From: the human T2T-CHM13v2.0 reference genome, Homo sapiens
NCBI RefSeq assembly: GCF_009914755.1
Contig: NC_060929.1
Strand: one strand, 5' to 3'
DNA length: 64,000 nucleotides
Within the stretch, counting starts at the first letter, position 1; each line of letters begins with the position of its first letter. Of the stretch, positions 1-14,619 are shown in pieces. A program made the position numbers and the translations under genes. Under the pieces are notes generated by a model. That model was not told the origin of the DNA, ran no database searches, and saw nothing but the letters and a program-made list of their open reading frames with translations.

Positions 1-1607
1 TTTTCTTAACGAGCCAGATTTTCCTATTGTTTAAATTGTTTCCTTAATTCTTCCAAGCGATTGGAGTGCTATGCCCTGGAGTATCAAAACTGCCTTTAAT
101 GTTACCCTGATGTCCCAAATGTTATACTTCCAAAAGCGTAGTTGAGGCAGTTGAGAAGATCTGGCTCAATTTAATGTTCAATTTTAAGTACCAGGGGCTT
201 TTGCATGATATCTTATTCTCTCCCTGGAGGATTATATTAATTGGAACAGGAACACTGAAGTGGTAACACACTTAGCATTATTTATCTCTGCATTAGGGAC
301 ACTAAGGACCTATTTAGCTGGTGGGAGAATCAGAAGCATCATTTTCAGTTCCTAAAGAAATCAAGTTTTATCCCTAATCCTTTGCATGTCTCACCAAGCC
401 CCTCTCTTGCCTTATTGAACTATTCACTTTCTCAAAGGAACACTAAGAATTAATAACAAATATGCATATTGTCCAAAGGGACCAGCATTTTGTCTACTTC
501 TAGACTTCCTAATTTTTTAGATTTGCTGACTGTAGCATAAGTTTGATTATTTATTCTTTCATATTTTTGTTGTTGCTGCTGCCGTTGTTGAACATCAAGG
601 CAATTTCATAATGTTGACTTGAATACTTTCTTCTGATGACCTAAGATTTTTATTTCAGTACATCTACTCAGAGTTGCTATAGATCAAGTTTAAAACAAAT
701 CTATCATATCTATCATAATGTTATAAAATACATGTCCTTCAAATTTATTTTTTTCTCAGATTTTGTGTGTGTTTGTTTAAGTTTAACCTTAACTGGAGTT
801 TCCCTTTAGAGCTTGCTTTGTTGGCCTTAAAAATGTATTCTTTATGTTTAAAGATTTTAGAGATACTTACTATATAGAGGAATTGAAAGGAAATATCAAT
901 GATAACCTATTAAAATGCATTTAAATAGACTTCCACACATTTTTATCTGTACTCCTCCTTTCAAGAATAGAAAAGAGCAGATCATTTGCATTTCTTCTTC
1001 CTCACTTTCATCCCTGAGAGTGGCCATCACAAAACTTGTATTTTCATACATTAAACCAACATTTATTTTACAAACCATTTTTTTCTTTCATCTGTCTTAT
1101 TTTTTGTATTATAAATAATGCATACTCATGTATGCATTGTACAAGCTGCTGAATTACATGAATTCCTGAAAGTACACAAAAAGATGCAAAGAAAAAAACA
1201 ATAAAATATCTCACCTATATTTTTATTTCTCTGAGATACCTACTGTACCGTTTTGCATATTGTCAGTTGTCTTCTAAAATTTTTTGCATATATATTATGT
1301 TCACAAGACTTTTTATCAATTTGGTGTTACCTTTGGAGAACAGTGACAATTGACCACCAGGACGTGTCTATTATTCTAAATTTTAGATCTTTGAATGTTA
1401 TTTAAAAGACAAAGTGATCCATTGCATCATTATTTGCTGGAAAAGCTCAACTGAGGTCAGGGTCATCTCTGCATCAGGCTCCTGAGAACTTAAACTTGCA
1501 AGGGAGACATTGCTCCTAACCACTATTGCCTATAGACGGGCAGTTACAAGGGATAACTGCTTGTAGACATCAAAATGATTCAGTCTTCTCCAGAAAAGAA
1601 AAGCATT

Positions 1608-2010
1608 TAGTATAGTTTGGATATTTGTCCCCACCCAAATCTCACATTGAATTGTAATCCTCAATGCTAGAGGTGGGGCCTGGTGGGAGGTGTTTGGATC
1701 ATGGGGACACATCCCTCGTGGCTTGGCAATGCCTTCATGATAGTCATTTCTCAGAAGATCTGATCACTTAAAAGTGTGGCGCACCCCCTTACCCCACTCT
1801 CTGTTTCTCTTGTTCCTGCTCTGGCCATGTGACGTACCTGCTCCTGCTTTACCTTCTACCATGAGTAAAAGCTTCCTGAGGCCTCCCCAGAAGCAGCTGC
1901 TGGCACTATGCTTCCTGTGCAACCTGCAGAACTGTGAGCCAATTAGACCTCTTTCCTTTTCAGTTACCCAGTCTCATTTCTTTATAGCAGTGTAAGAATG
2001 GCCTAATACA
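1608..2010 (+). mobile_element. MaLR solo LTR, MST family (MSTA/MSTB-like)
   Basis: Starts ..TATAGTTTGGATATTTGTCCCCACCCAAATCTCA, contains GGTGGGGCCTGGTGGGAGGTG and CCTGCAGAACTGTGAGCCAATTA, and ends CTAATACA, as in MST LTR consensus. Confidence 0.9.
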
Positions 2011-2539
2011 GCAACTGAAAGGAAAATATCAACTTGACAATGAAAATTAATGAAATAGCATTTTATTTCTTTGGCTGCAAAAAAATGCATTTAACTGACC
2101 ATTGTGAACAGGTATATAATTTATAATTCTAAAGATGGTATAATGTAATCAAGCAGTCTCCCTGGTAAAAGTAATCTTAGTTTGCCTAATTTTTTTATTT
2201 CTTTCCCAAGTATTTCTGGACTTAGTTGCTAACATCCTGTTAAGGCCACAGTACATTTCACTGTACAAATGCCTGAGTTAAGTACAGAATTTTGTGTTTT
2301 AATCATTTCATCTTCTACCCCAAATCACATCTCATATGACTAAAAGTCTTAGTCTATCATAAAATGTCCAGTAGGATTCTCCTGTATGTACAGTATTGAA
2401 TGAGATCAGAAGACATCAAATAGAAAACCATGAACCAGACCTGCTCACAGTTATCTTCCTTTAGGGCTAAACTTTTAAAAACCATTTTAAAATCTTTTGC
2501 CAACATTTAACAATTGGAAAAATACACTTAATGTTGTGA

Positions 2540-2877
<338 letters not shown>

Positions 2878-2884
2878 GTGAATT

Positions 2885-3209
2885 GCTTTTCTTTCTTCTT
2901 TTTTTTTTGGTGTGCGTGTGTGTGTGTTTGAGACAGAGTTTTACTGTGTCAGGCTGAAATGCAATAGTGCCATCACAGCTCACTGCATCCTCCACCTCAC
3001 TGGGCTCAAGTGATCTTCCCACTTCAGCTTCCTGAGTAGCTGGGAATGCAGGCATGTGCTACCATGCCTGGCTAATTTTTGTACTTTTTGTAGGGACTGG
3101 GTTTTGCCATGTTGCCTAGGTTTGTCTCAAACTCCTGAATTCAAGCAATCTTCCCCGCCTTGGCCTCCCAAAGTGCTGGGATTACAGGCGTGAACCACCA
3201 TGGCTGACC
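2885..3209 (-). mobile_element. Alu (AluJ-type)
   Basis: CATCACAGCTCACTGCA..GGGCTCAAGTGATCTTCCCAC (J-type diagnostics); T/TG-rich tail. Confidence 0.93.
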
Positions 3210-3768
3210 ATCTTGCTTTTCTTTTTTTATAAATCAAGAGATTAGGTAATCTTGGGGTTGCATTCAAGCAACCATCGGCTTGGACCCAGTAGTGCTACCA
3301 ACTTAAATGTGGGGCATGCTCTCTCGCTCACCATCATTCCACCATTTCCAGGTCATCTACACCTGGCTACTTTTACATGTTAACCTATGTCTGTATTCAG
3401 GTTTCTGACTTATTTTCTATGTGTTAGTTATGATTCCTTTTCATCATTTAACCTCTTCATATGCTAATATTCTAGCTGCACCACTTAACCAATTATTTTG
3501 CTTTACTTAGATTTGTTCCTACATCTGAGATAACCTTTTTATGTTGTTGTATGTTTCAGTAGGTCCTTTCCCTGTATATTGTTATAATTATCTCTTGTCG
3601 TATTTCCACACTCCAGATAAACCATTTATAACTTTCTGGTTTAATGTGGTCTTACGCCTGGTGGAATTCCTTTAGCCTGTGATGTTTCCGCTTTTCAAAA
3701 TACCCTTGCTCTTCTTATCCACCCTTGGATATCACTTATGCATTCTCTAAGCATCACTGCCAATGCTA

Positions 3769-4185
<417 letters not shown>

Positions 4186-4575
4186 TTACTTCATTTATGA
4201 CCCTAGAGTGCATTTGTTGATTTGTTTACCTATAGCCCCTAAGTAAGTTTCTCTACTCCCAGACTTGTTCCTTCAGGTAAAGACTATGCATCATGCAGGC
4301 TTACTGTGTCCACACTCAACTACATGCTCAGACAGATATAGTCCATTTTATACTTCTCTAATTGTTTCATTAAGTTGTGGTTTATTTGACAACTTTCATA
4401 AAATTAATATTTCTTTTTTTTTTTTTTTTAAGACGGAGTCTTGCTCTGTCGCCCAGACTGGAGTGCAGTGGCATGATCTCAGCTCACTGCAAACTCCGCC
4501 TCCTGGGTTCAAGCAATTCTCTGCCTCAGCCTCCCCAGTAGCTGGGATTACAGCCACCACACCTGGCTAATTTTT

Positions 4576-4886
4576 GTCAGGGTCATCTCTGCATCAGGCT
4601 CTTGAGAACTTAAACTTGCAAGGGAGACATTGCTCCTAACCACTATTGCCTATAGGCAGGCAGTTACAAGGGATAACTGCTTGTAGACATCAAGATGATT
4701 CAGCCTTCTCCAGAAAAGAAAAGCATTTAATATAGTTTGGATATTTGTCCCCACCCAAATCTCACATTGAATTGTAATCCTCGATGCTAGAGGTGGAGTC
4801 TGGTGGGAGGTGTTTGGATCATCGGGGCACATCCCTCATGGCTTGGTACTGTCTGCATGATACTCATTTCTCAGGAGATCTGATCA
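4576..4886 (+). repeat. Direct local duplication of 1456-1766 (includes the 5' part of the MST LTR)
   Basis: Ungapped match at offset 3120; about 18 mismatches in 311 bp by eye (~94%). Confidence 0.97.
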
Positions 4887-4896
4887 TAGATCTCCT

Positions 4897-5170
4897 GACA
4901 TGTCCTGGTGGTCAATTGTCACTGTTCTCCAGAGGTAATACCAAACTTATAAAAAGTCTTGTGAACATAATATATATGCAAAAAAATCTTAGAAGACAAC
5001 TAACAATATGCAAAATGGTACAGTAGGTACCCCAGAGAAACAAAAATATGGGTGAGATATTTTATTGTTTTTTCTTTGCATCTTTTTGTGTACGTTCAGG
5101 AATTCATGTAATTCAGCAATTTGTACAATGCATACATAGTATGCATTATTTATAATATAAAAAATAAGAC
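4897..5170 (-). repeat. Inverted local duplication of ~1094-1368
   Basis: GTCCTGGTGGTCAATTGTCACTGTTCTCC is the reverse complement of GGAGAACAGTGACAATTGACCACCAGGAC (~1335-1363); the match continues to AAAAATAAGAC, the reverse complement of GTCTTATTTTT at 1094. Confidence 0.96.
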
Positions 5171-6499
5171 CAATTTCTTATAAAAAATGAGACTGATTGT
5201 ATTTTAGTAGAGATGGGGTTTCACCGTCTTGGCCAGGCTGGTCTTGAACTCCTTATTTTGTGATCCACCCTCCTCAGCCTTCCAAAGTGCTGGGATTATA
5301 GGCGTGAGCCACTGCTCCTGCCCTAAGCTAATATTTCTACCCTGTATGGGTACAAGTCTTCGCCCTACTGCTTCTCTTCCCTTCCCCCACTTTTTCTTCC
5401 AGCTCTCCTGCAGTCTGGAGCATCACACATACACTCAGATACAGACACTCACACACACACTACCAATACCACCACCTCTACAATTACATAGCAGAGTAAT
5501 CATAATAAGTATCTACTAATTTGAAAGGTTTTGGTAGTACAGAAATACAGGTTTAGCATTTGCAATATAAATATCAGACTTTTTACCTGCCACACTGCCT
5601 TTTATAGTTTATTAAATTTTACTTAAAATGCTGTTTTAAAGTAAACAATGAAAATGATAATTTCATCAGAGCTAGAATTAAAAAGAAATTTTAAAGGCTC
5701 CAAAGACTCTTACCTAGTATGAATCATGTAGAAGGGGCTGTTTTCAGAAAAGAGTTTAAAATTTTTTCAATAAGCTGTGATGGAAGGTAACTACAGAAAG
5801 CTCTCCATGATCAGTTTCGTGTCTAGTTGTAAAAGTGGGCCTTGAATACCCTCATTTGTGTGCCTGATGTGGAGTTGTCTGTCTTTATGGGATTTTACAC
5901 AGCTGACAGCTAATGCAGGTGTTTAAATGCAAAATCTGACACCAATGTCTTCCCCTAAATGACGCTTCAATTCATAAATTATATGAATATGAGTAGCACT
6001 ATTCATTTATGAAATAATGCAGCTATCACTTAGTAATGCAATTCAAAACATCTTTCACTTTATTTAGCCATTTCCAACCCCATTACATGTGCCTATGAAA
6101 AGAATAAAAATTGATTAGACAAGGAGTGAAAAGTGGGCAAAAGCATTTCCCAGCATGTTGCCTGACTCATGGCAAAACGATGGAGCTGTAGCATTTTATT
6201 TCCTATTGAAGAGATGTTTCTTGCTTAGGTGGCCTGTTTCTGATTAAAAGCATCTTTGTAATATTGCATTCACTTCCATAAAAAGAATATGCTCTGTGCC
6301 AGGAAAGAGTCTGGTACTAATTGCAAAAAAAGATGTTACTGCGGCAAGACAGGATATTCCCGGTTCTGAAGCTTGTAGGATGGGGGGTCTAGAAAATGTA
6401 GCACATCATTTCCCTGTAGCTTCTACTTTCTCTGTGTTGGGTCAATAATAAAAGTGGAAATGATATAACCATCACCAGCAGCTAAAACATCAATGATAG

Positions 6500-6700
6500 C
6501 TATAACTTTTTCAGGGCTTTGCAAATATTATTTCCTTCAAATATATTACTTAACAATTGTCAAAACAACCTGGAAATGTGGAATTATTATCCTGTTTTAC
6601 AGATGTGGACTTTGAGGCTCAGCTATGTTAAGTGACTTGCACAGCTAGGTAATGAATGCTAGACCCAGGTCTGTCGGGCGCAAGCCCGTGCTCTTTCCAC
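6500..6700 (-). mobile_element. MIR SINE
   Basis: MIR core ATTATCCTGTTTTACAGATGTGGAC..TGAGGCTCAG..GTTAAGTGACTTGC. Confidence 0.8.
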
Positions 6701-9700
6701 TTTCCCCGAGAGTGACTTTCTCCAGAATGTCAACTTCTCATCTCCCATTCCTGTAACTACATAATTTAGGGTTTACAGTGCCTGTGTGAGAAAAGATAGA
6801 AAGCTCCCATTGACTGTCGTCCCAAACGTGGTTCACAGGCCTGTATGACAGGGGAACTCTTTGCTTGCTTTCATAATTTTTTGAGATTTCTAATTAAAGC
6901 ATTTCGCTGTTTAGGGTTTTCTTTTTGAATTTTGGGAAACATCTAGATGTAGATCTATTCTGTCTTTTTCAGGAAGAGAAGGGAGAACGCATGTCTGTCT
7001 CTCTGGTGGCACTTGGGGAGTGTCATCCTGGCCGGCCATCCATCCTCTATGAGCTCCAGACACAGCCTGTGGTGTACTCGTGCAGGGAAGCAATTGAGAA
7101 GCAGCACAAATTAGAGTTCTGTGAAGAATAGCTTGTCAAAGGATAAGGGACATATTTTACATTTACTTTTGTGAAATGTGGTATTTGGGATGAGGATCTT
7201 GCATTTTGAGCAGAATGTTGCTAATTTCTCACATGGTCTTTATCGAGAAGTACAAACTCAGTGGGCAGTATACAGCACGAGGAACATGTCCCAGGAAGGT
7301 TGTGAATTACACTGCCAGATGGCCTCAGCTCCCCACGGGCTGCTCCAAAGTCATACAGATTCTTTTTTCATTAATTTCAAATTTTCCCTAACATTTTCAT
7401 AGGCATAAGACTTTTAAAGGGGGAAAATAGCCATTTTAATAAAAAAAGAAAATAGTTAGTTTGGACATACACATTTTGCAGGTGAATACAGTCCTATATT
7501 TATTAAAAAATGAATACATGATACGATAATATCTATGTTCAAAATACATTTACATTTGTAATGCATCACTTATTAGAAATAGATAAGTTTTATCATTGTT
7601 TCCCTCTCAAGATTGTATGCTTATTAGTGGCAGACAGAGCTTTATAGACTAGTGGTTTCTGTGTTCTATTCTAAATATGACATGAAACTTATTGCATAGA
7701 ACTTCCCTCCTTTTTCTCTTTTGATTTATTTCTTTTCCAGAATCCTACATAATCCTGATTTTGAATTTTCAGTCAGCTGGACTCTTTACCAGGTCTGTAC
7801 AGGAAAAGGTATCAGATTGGATTCTCAGGCTAAAAATGCCATAGTTGGAATGAAAGGAAAGGATTTAAGTAAACATGGCCAACACCGAAAAAACTTTCTG
7901 TTAAATATAGACAAGAAGACCATAAAACAATGGGTAGAACTAGAATGTGTTTCTTTGTTTTAAAACCCCACCCTCAGGCTTGAAACCATAGTATAACTTC
8001 TGAAGCAACTGTCGTGGATATATTCTGGAAGACCAAAGAAAAATTAATCCTATCCTTTTAACATTGATATAAATTCATTAGGTCTATATATTTTTTCCCT
8101 CTACTGTGTAGAATCTGAAAGTGGTATTCTTGAAATTATTAACACAGTACAGATGGCCTATTCTAATCAATCTGGCTTCTTCGCAGTCCATGAACACACC
8201 GTGTTTGCTCCACCTCAGATGGGTCATTCTGTTTCTGTCTATTCACCTGTCTCCGTTCTTGCCTCCAAGATTCACATATGACCCTTCAGTATCACAAAGT
8301 ATACTCTAGTGAGCGCAGCCTTCCCTTGCTTAGAAAAAGTGTAGCCCTTAATTGTTGCTTAGTAGTCTCTGCTATGCTGCTCTTTGGTATGAGTTTGCCT
8401 TCACAACTATATTGCGCCTTCTCAACTATATTGTGGGCTCGCTAAAGGGAAGGAACCTGTCATATACATCCCTCAGCACAAAGCAAAGCTTGGACTCTCA
8501 GGAAGAGCTTGTTGACTTGGAGACTGCTTTCTGCCATGTAATTTTTATTGTTTTATGGAGGGAGATTCTGCAGAGCATAAACTATGTCCTTGAAACCAAG
8601 CACTCTTGGGAACTATATTAATTTAGGGCACATGGGCCCTATTTATTTACTGTTTCAATATACTGAGTTGGATGTACTATCAATCACACAATCTGGCAGT
8701 ATTTTAAAAATGCAATACTTCTTCTGCATGTTTCAGCTTTGCTCCTTCTCTGATGACCTTTTGGAAGCAGCGGAGTGGGTCTAGGAGAAGAGAAGTACTT
8801 GTCATGCTCCGTCAACTTCTAGAACCTGAATTTAAAAACCTAAAGAGATCAAGAATTCCTTTTGTCGTTTTCTTAAAGAAGAAATACCATCTCCACCAGT
8901 AGAGAAAAGCATAGTATAGGCATACCTTCTTTTATTGTGCTTAGCTTTACTGCACTTCACAGATAATTGCATTTTTTACAAATCGAAGGTTTGTGGCAAC
9001 CCTGAGCCAAGGAAGTCTATTGATGCCATTTTTCCAACAGCATGTGCTCACTTCATACTTCTTTGTCACGTTGCGGTAATTCTTGCAATATTTTAAACTT
9101 TTAAATTATCATATCTGTTATAGTGATCTGTGATCAGTGATCTTTGATGTCACTATTGTAATTATTTTGAGGCACCACTAACTACTCCCATATAAGATGT
9201 GAACTTAATCTAGAAATGTGTGTGTCCTGACTGCTTCAACAACCAGATGTTTCTTTGTCTCTCTCTCTCTTCTTGGTCATCCCTATTCCCTGAGATACAA
9301 TATATTGAAATTAGGCCAATTAATAGCACTACAATAGCCCCTAAGTGTTCAAGTGAAAGGCCACTTTGCACGTCTGTCACTTTAAATCAAGCACTAAAAA
9401 TGATTGAGCTTAGTGAGGAAGGAATGTCAAAAGCCAAGATAGGCTGAAAGCTAGGCCTCTGTGCCAAGCAGTTAATCAAGTTGTGAATGCAAAGGAGAAG
9501 TTTCTGAAGAAAATTAAAAGTGCTACTCCAGTGAACACACAAATGACAAGAAAGCAAAAGAAACTTCTTGCCAATATGGAGAAAGTCTGAGTGGTCTGGA
9601 TAGATAAAACCAGCCAGAACATTCCCTGAAGCCAAAGCCTAATCCAGAGCAAGGTCCTAACTCTCTTCAGTTCTATGAAGGCTGAGAGAGATGAGGACAC

Positions 9701-9851
9701 CAAAGAAGAAAAGTTGGCAGCTAGAAGAGGTTGGTCATGAGGTTTAAAGAAAGAAGCTATTCCATAACATACCAGTGCAAGGTGAAGCAGCAAGTGCTGA
9801 TGGAGAAGACGCAGCAAGTGATCCAGAAGATACAGCTAATATCATTGATAA

Positions 9852-10103
<252 letters not shown>

Positions 10104-11148
10104 TGAAGTCAACACTTGGCTTTAAAGCGTCAAAGGACAAGATGAATCTTTTTTTTAGGTGCTCATGCAGCTGGTGACTTACAAGTGGAAGCCAATGCTC
10201 ATTTACCTTTCCAAAAACCCTATGTCCCTTGAGAATTATGCTAAATTTATTCTGCCTTTGCTCTATAAGTGGAACAACAAAGCTTGGATGAGAGCACATC
10301 TGTTTACAGCTTGGGTTACTGATTATATTAAACCTACTGTTGAGAGCTACTGCTGAGAAAAAAAAAATCATTTCAAAATATTACTGCTCATTGACAGCGC
10401 ATCTGGTCACCCAAGAGCTCCAATGGAGATGTACAAGGACATTAATGTTTTTATACCTGCTAACAGAACATCCATTCTATAGCCCATGGATCAAGAAGCC
10501 ATTTCAACTTTTAAGTCTTATTATTTAAGAAATACATTTTGTAAAGCTATAGCTGCCATAGGTAGTGATTCCTCTGTGGATCTGGGCAAAGTTAATTGAA
10601 AATCTTCTGGAAAGGATTCACCATTGTAGATGCTACTAAGGACATTTGTGATTCATGGGAAGAGGTCAAAATATCAACATTAACAGAATTTTGGAAGAAA
10701 CTGATTCCAACCCTCGTGGATGACTTTGAGGGATTCAAAACTTTAGTAGAGGAAGTCACTGCAGATGTGGTGGAAATAACAAGAAAACTAGAATTAGAAG
10801 TGGAGCTTAAAAATGTGACTGGATTGTTGCGATCTCCTGATAAAACTTGAATGGATGAGGAGTTGCTTCTTAGCAAATAGCAAAGAGAGTGGTTTCTTGC
10901 GATGGAAACTTCTCCTAGTGAAGCTGCTGTGAGCATTGTTGAAATGGCGATAAAGGATTTAGAATATTCCACAAACTTAGTTGACAAAGCAGTGAGAGGG
11001 TTTAAAAGGATCGACTTTAATACTGAAAGAAATTTTACTGTGGGTAAAATACTATCAAATGGCATCACATGCTACAGAGAAAAAGTTCAAGAAAGGAAGA
11101 GTTAATCAATGTGGCAAACTTCACTGTGACCTTATTTTAAGAAATTGA

Positions 11149-11450
11149 GGCTGAGCATGTTGGCTCATGCCTGTAATCCCAGCTCTTTGGGAAGCGAAGG
11201 CAGGGGAGGATCACTTGAGGCCAGGAGTTCAAGATTGGTCTGGACAAAATAGTGAGACCCAGGTGCTACAAAAAAATTAAAAAATAAGAACAATTAGCTA
11301 GGCATGGTGGTGTTTGTACTGTAGCTACTTGGGATGCTGAGGCAGGAGGATTCCTTGAGCCCAGGAGTTTGACACTGCAGTGAGCTATAATCATGCCACT
11401 ACACTCCAGCCTGGGCCACAGAGAGAGACTATGTCTCTTCAAATAAGAAA
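11149..11450 (+). mobile_element. AluJ-type inside Tigger1
   Basis: GGATCACTTGAGGCCAGGAGTT and GAGCCCAGGAGTTTGACACTGCAGTGAGCTATAAT; TSD AAGAAATTG on both sides. Confidence 0.92.
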
Positions 11451-12082
11451 GAAATTGTTACAGCCACCCCAATCTTCACCAGTCATCACCCTGATAAGTC
11501 AGCTGCCATCAACAATGAGGCAAGACCCTCCACCAGCAAAAAAAATATCACTCACTGAAGGTACAGATGATAGCATTTTTAGCAATAAAGTATTTTTAAT
11601 TAAGATATGCATTTTTTTTAGATATAATACCATTAAACACTTAATAGACTGCAGTATATTTTAAACACGACTTTTATATGCACTGGGACACCAAAAAAAT
11701 GGTGTGACTCACTTTATTGTGATATTTGTTTTATTGCAGGGGTCTGGAATGGACCTGCAATAACTCCAAAGTGTGCTTGTAATTTTAGTCACCCTTAGAA
11801 TTATACCCATTGAATGAGAAGGTGAATGCTTATCTTATAGCAGCATTTGTCAAGGTGGACCTATGACATTATTCCTGTTTTTTCTTTTCATTTAGAAGTC
11901 ATCTGATTTCAGTGTGTCTGAGATGTCATGGTGCATATGAGGCCTATATAGGACCAAGCCCCCAGGCACTCTTAGTCAAGGTACATTTCAATAACGTATT
12001 GTAAATAGGGCTTCTCAGGCAATCAGGTTCCCTGGAAGCTTTGAGTTAGGTAATGGATCTAGTAGAGAGCAGCTTAGAGTAG

Positions 12083-12428
<346 letters not shown>

Positions 12429-14282
12429 AAATTTAAAATGTATCCAGGTTACTGTTGAAACACCCGTCGTTTGGAGGACGTCTGAACAGAGCAAAAAAAG
12501 GACAAAGCTATCCTGTATAAAGGATACATAAAGCTGGAACCAGCCCAACAAAAAGGTACTGCCAGAAACTCTATGAAGTAACTAAGATAGGGATCATTTT
12601 GGTCTTAACAGGGATTATGAATGAGAAGGAGAGATTTAGGCAAAAGGCTCATCAGCTAGGTCAGACCCACATGTAGATGTGGGGTGGGGATGGGGTAATC
12701 TGAAGTCTGATGCTGTCATAAGTATTCTGAAAGCTAAATCCATCCTGAAAATGTTGGGGCACATGGCAAATCTAGCCCTGACCTTCCTTACTGGGGTGTG
12801 ATATCCTCTCAAACTGCTCCCCGATCTCACTCTCATTGCCTCAGGGTTCCACACTCAGCACATTACCGGCCTCACTCATGGCAGTACAGGGGTTATTGGG
12901 AACTCTCAGAAAGACTCCTGAGAAACCAGGTAGGTTTTGGCTTTGACTTGAAGACGGCATTAGTTGGCCCAAGACTGTTTAGCCAAAGTAGTTCTTGCCT
13001 CTGTCCTAGAGTGAACCCAAAGCCTCAGTCGCCAAATTACTCTGATGGGTCTCGTGGGCTTTCCAAACCACAGGGGCCCACTCTGGGCAAGAGTTTGACT
13101 CCAGAATTAACCTCAAGCTCAATGTATTTCTTTGGAATCCTTCTGGCATGGAAACAACCTTCCCCTGGTAGGCAGCCCGTGTGTGGTGCGGCATTGCTCA
13201 ACACAGCACATTCCCCTTAATGTATGACTTCAGAGGGAAGGTGGGGCTAAGGCTGGAGGGCTGAGGTTAGAGGTTTCTCAGAAATGCCTGTCTTACAAAG
13301 CAGTTATTTTTCTCAGTTGAACTACTTTGAGCCTATTGCTTTCATTTTCCTCAAATATCTATCAGTGCCTTGTACCTTATGAGCAAACAAACTGAAACAG
13401 AAAGTCATTTTTAAGTTAATTTTATATTTGGTACAGGATTAGAAACTGTGCTGTGTTCACACACCAGCTATAGCCTGTAGCACAGAAGCCGTGCCTGCTC
13501 TTCCAACACATCGCAGTGATATTCAGTTAGAAGGGGATTAAGGATAAGGAAAAAAAAAAGGTCAGTATCTATTTGTAGGTAATTCTCGAAGTCTCCTTTC
13601 AGAATCTCAATTACTTCTTCTTACTTGTATTTTTTTCCATGTGTGTCATGGACTTAGATTTTTTGGAAATACCAACGTCCTACGTTCTCATCAACAGCCA
13701 TGGATCAAAATGCCAATTACATTTTATTGCAGTGTCCTGAGCTGCCCAGTCACCTCATGCTAAATTTGGGTTTAAATAAATAGAGTATTTTAGTTCCAGT
13801 GGTACTAGAAAGCAGCTAGAATAAAGACGGTTTGGTGTATTATTTTTGTACTGCTGTAATACGAAGGATAATTTTGAGAGTTATTTTTTGTTTTGTTGTT
13901 TTAAATTAAACAAATATATTTAAGATACTGATCTTTTTCATGAAAGATCCCCAATAAATTAAATATATAACCAGATCTAGTTTCCATTCTGAAAGTGCCA
14001 AGTAGAAACAGAGTTGCCAGCCTCTTAACCACTTTAGAACCTTTGACTATGTTCAACGACACACTTCTGGTATTATTCTCTAGTTTTTCGTGTGGGTGCA
14101 TCTTCTCTCCCCAGCAGGTGCCTAAGGAGAAGGACTCGTGTTCTTCTTCCCTGGACTCTCTGGGAGTACCCACCATGGACCTGGTATACAGTTAGGGAGT
14201 CAAGAAATACTCGCTGAAATAATTTGCTCTTAATATAAAATTAAAGTTATACTATCTAGACTTATTTTTAAAACACTATTTT

Positions 14283-14600
14283 GGCCGGGCGCAGTGGCTC
14301 ACGCCTGTAATCCCAGCACTTTGGGAGGCCGAGGCGGGCAAATCACGAGGTCAGGAGTTCAAGACCAGCCTGGCCAACATGGCGAAACCATATCTCTACT
14401 AAAAATACAAAATATTAGCTGGGCGTGGTGGCAGGCTCCAGTAATCCCAGCTACTTGAGAGGTTGAGGCAGGAGAATCGCTTGAATCCAGGAGGTGGAGG
14501 TTTCAATGAGCCGAGATCATGCCACTGCACTCTAGCCTGGATGACAGTGCAAGACTCTGTCTCAAAAAAAAAAAAAAAAACACAGACACACACATACCAA
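14283..14600 (+). mobile_element. AluS-type
   Basis: GGCCGGGCGCAGTGGCTCACGCC...; poly-A; TSD AAAACACTATTTT. Confidence 0.95.
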
Positions 14601-14619
14601 AAAACACTATTTTTTTTAA

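Larger units (their letters stand above)
4411..5323 (-). mobile_element. Single Alu split at its central linker by a ~620 bp insertion (Alu parts ~4411-4577 and ~5198-5323)
   Basis: Right arm 4411-4577 ends GGCTAATTTTTGT; left arm resumes TGTATTTTAGTAGAGATGGGG at ~5198; shared TSD-like flanks AAATTAATATTTCT (4401) / AAGCTAATATTTCT (5325). Confidence 0.92.

Noticed and set aside
6925-7402. Loosely similar peptides LYELQTQPVVYS / LYREVQTQWAVYS in neighbouring ORFs
   Set aside because: Nucleotide similarity is weak and there is no recognisable domain, so this is likely chance.
10592-11105. ORFs of 158 aa (-) and 84/67 aa (+)
   Set aside because: These are fragments or antisense shadows of the disabled Tigger1 transposase.
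12798-13220. 140-aa ORF in a GC-richer patch
   Set aside because: Non-ATG start, no recognisable homology, no consistent splice context.
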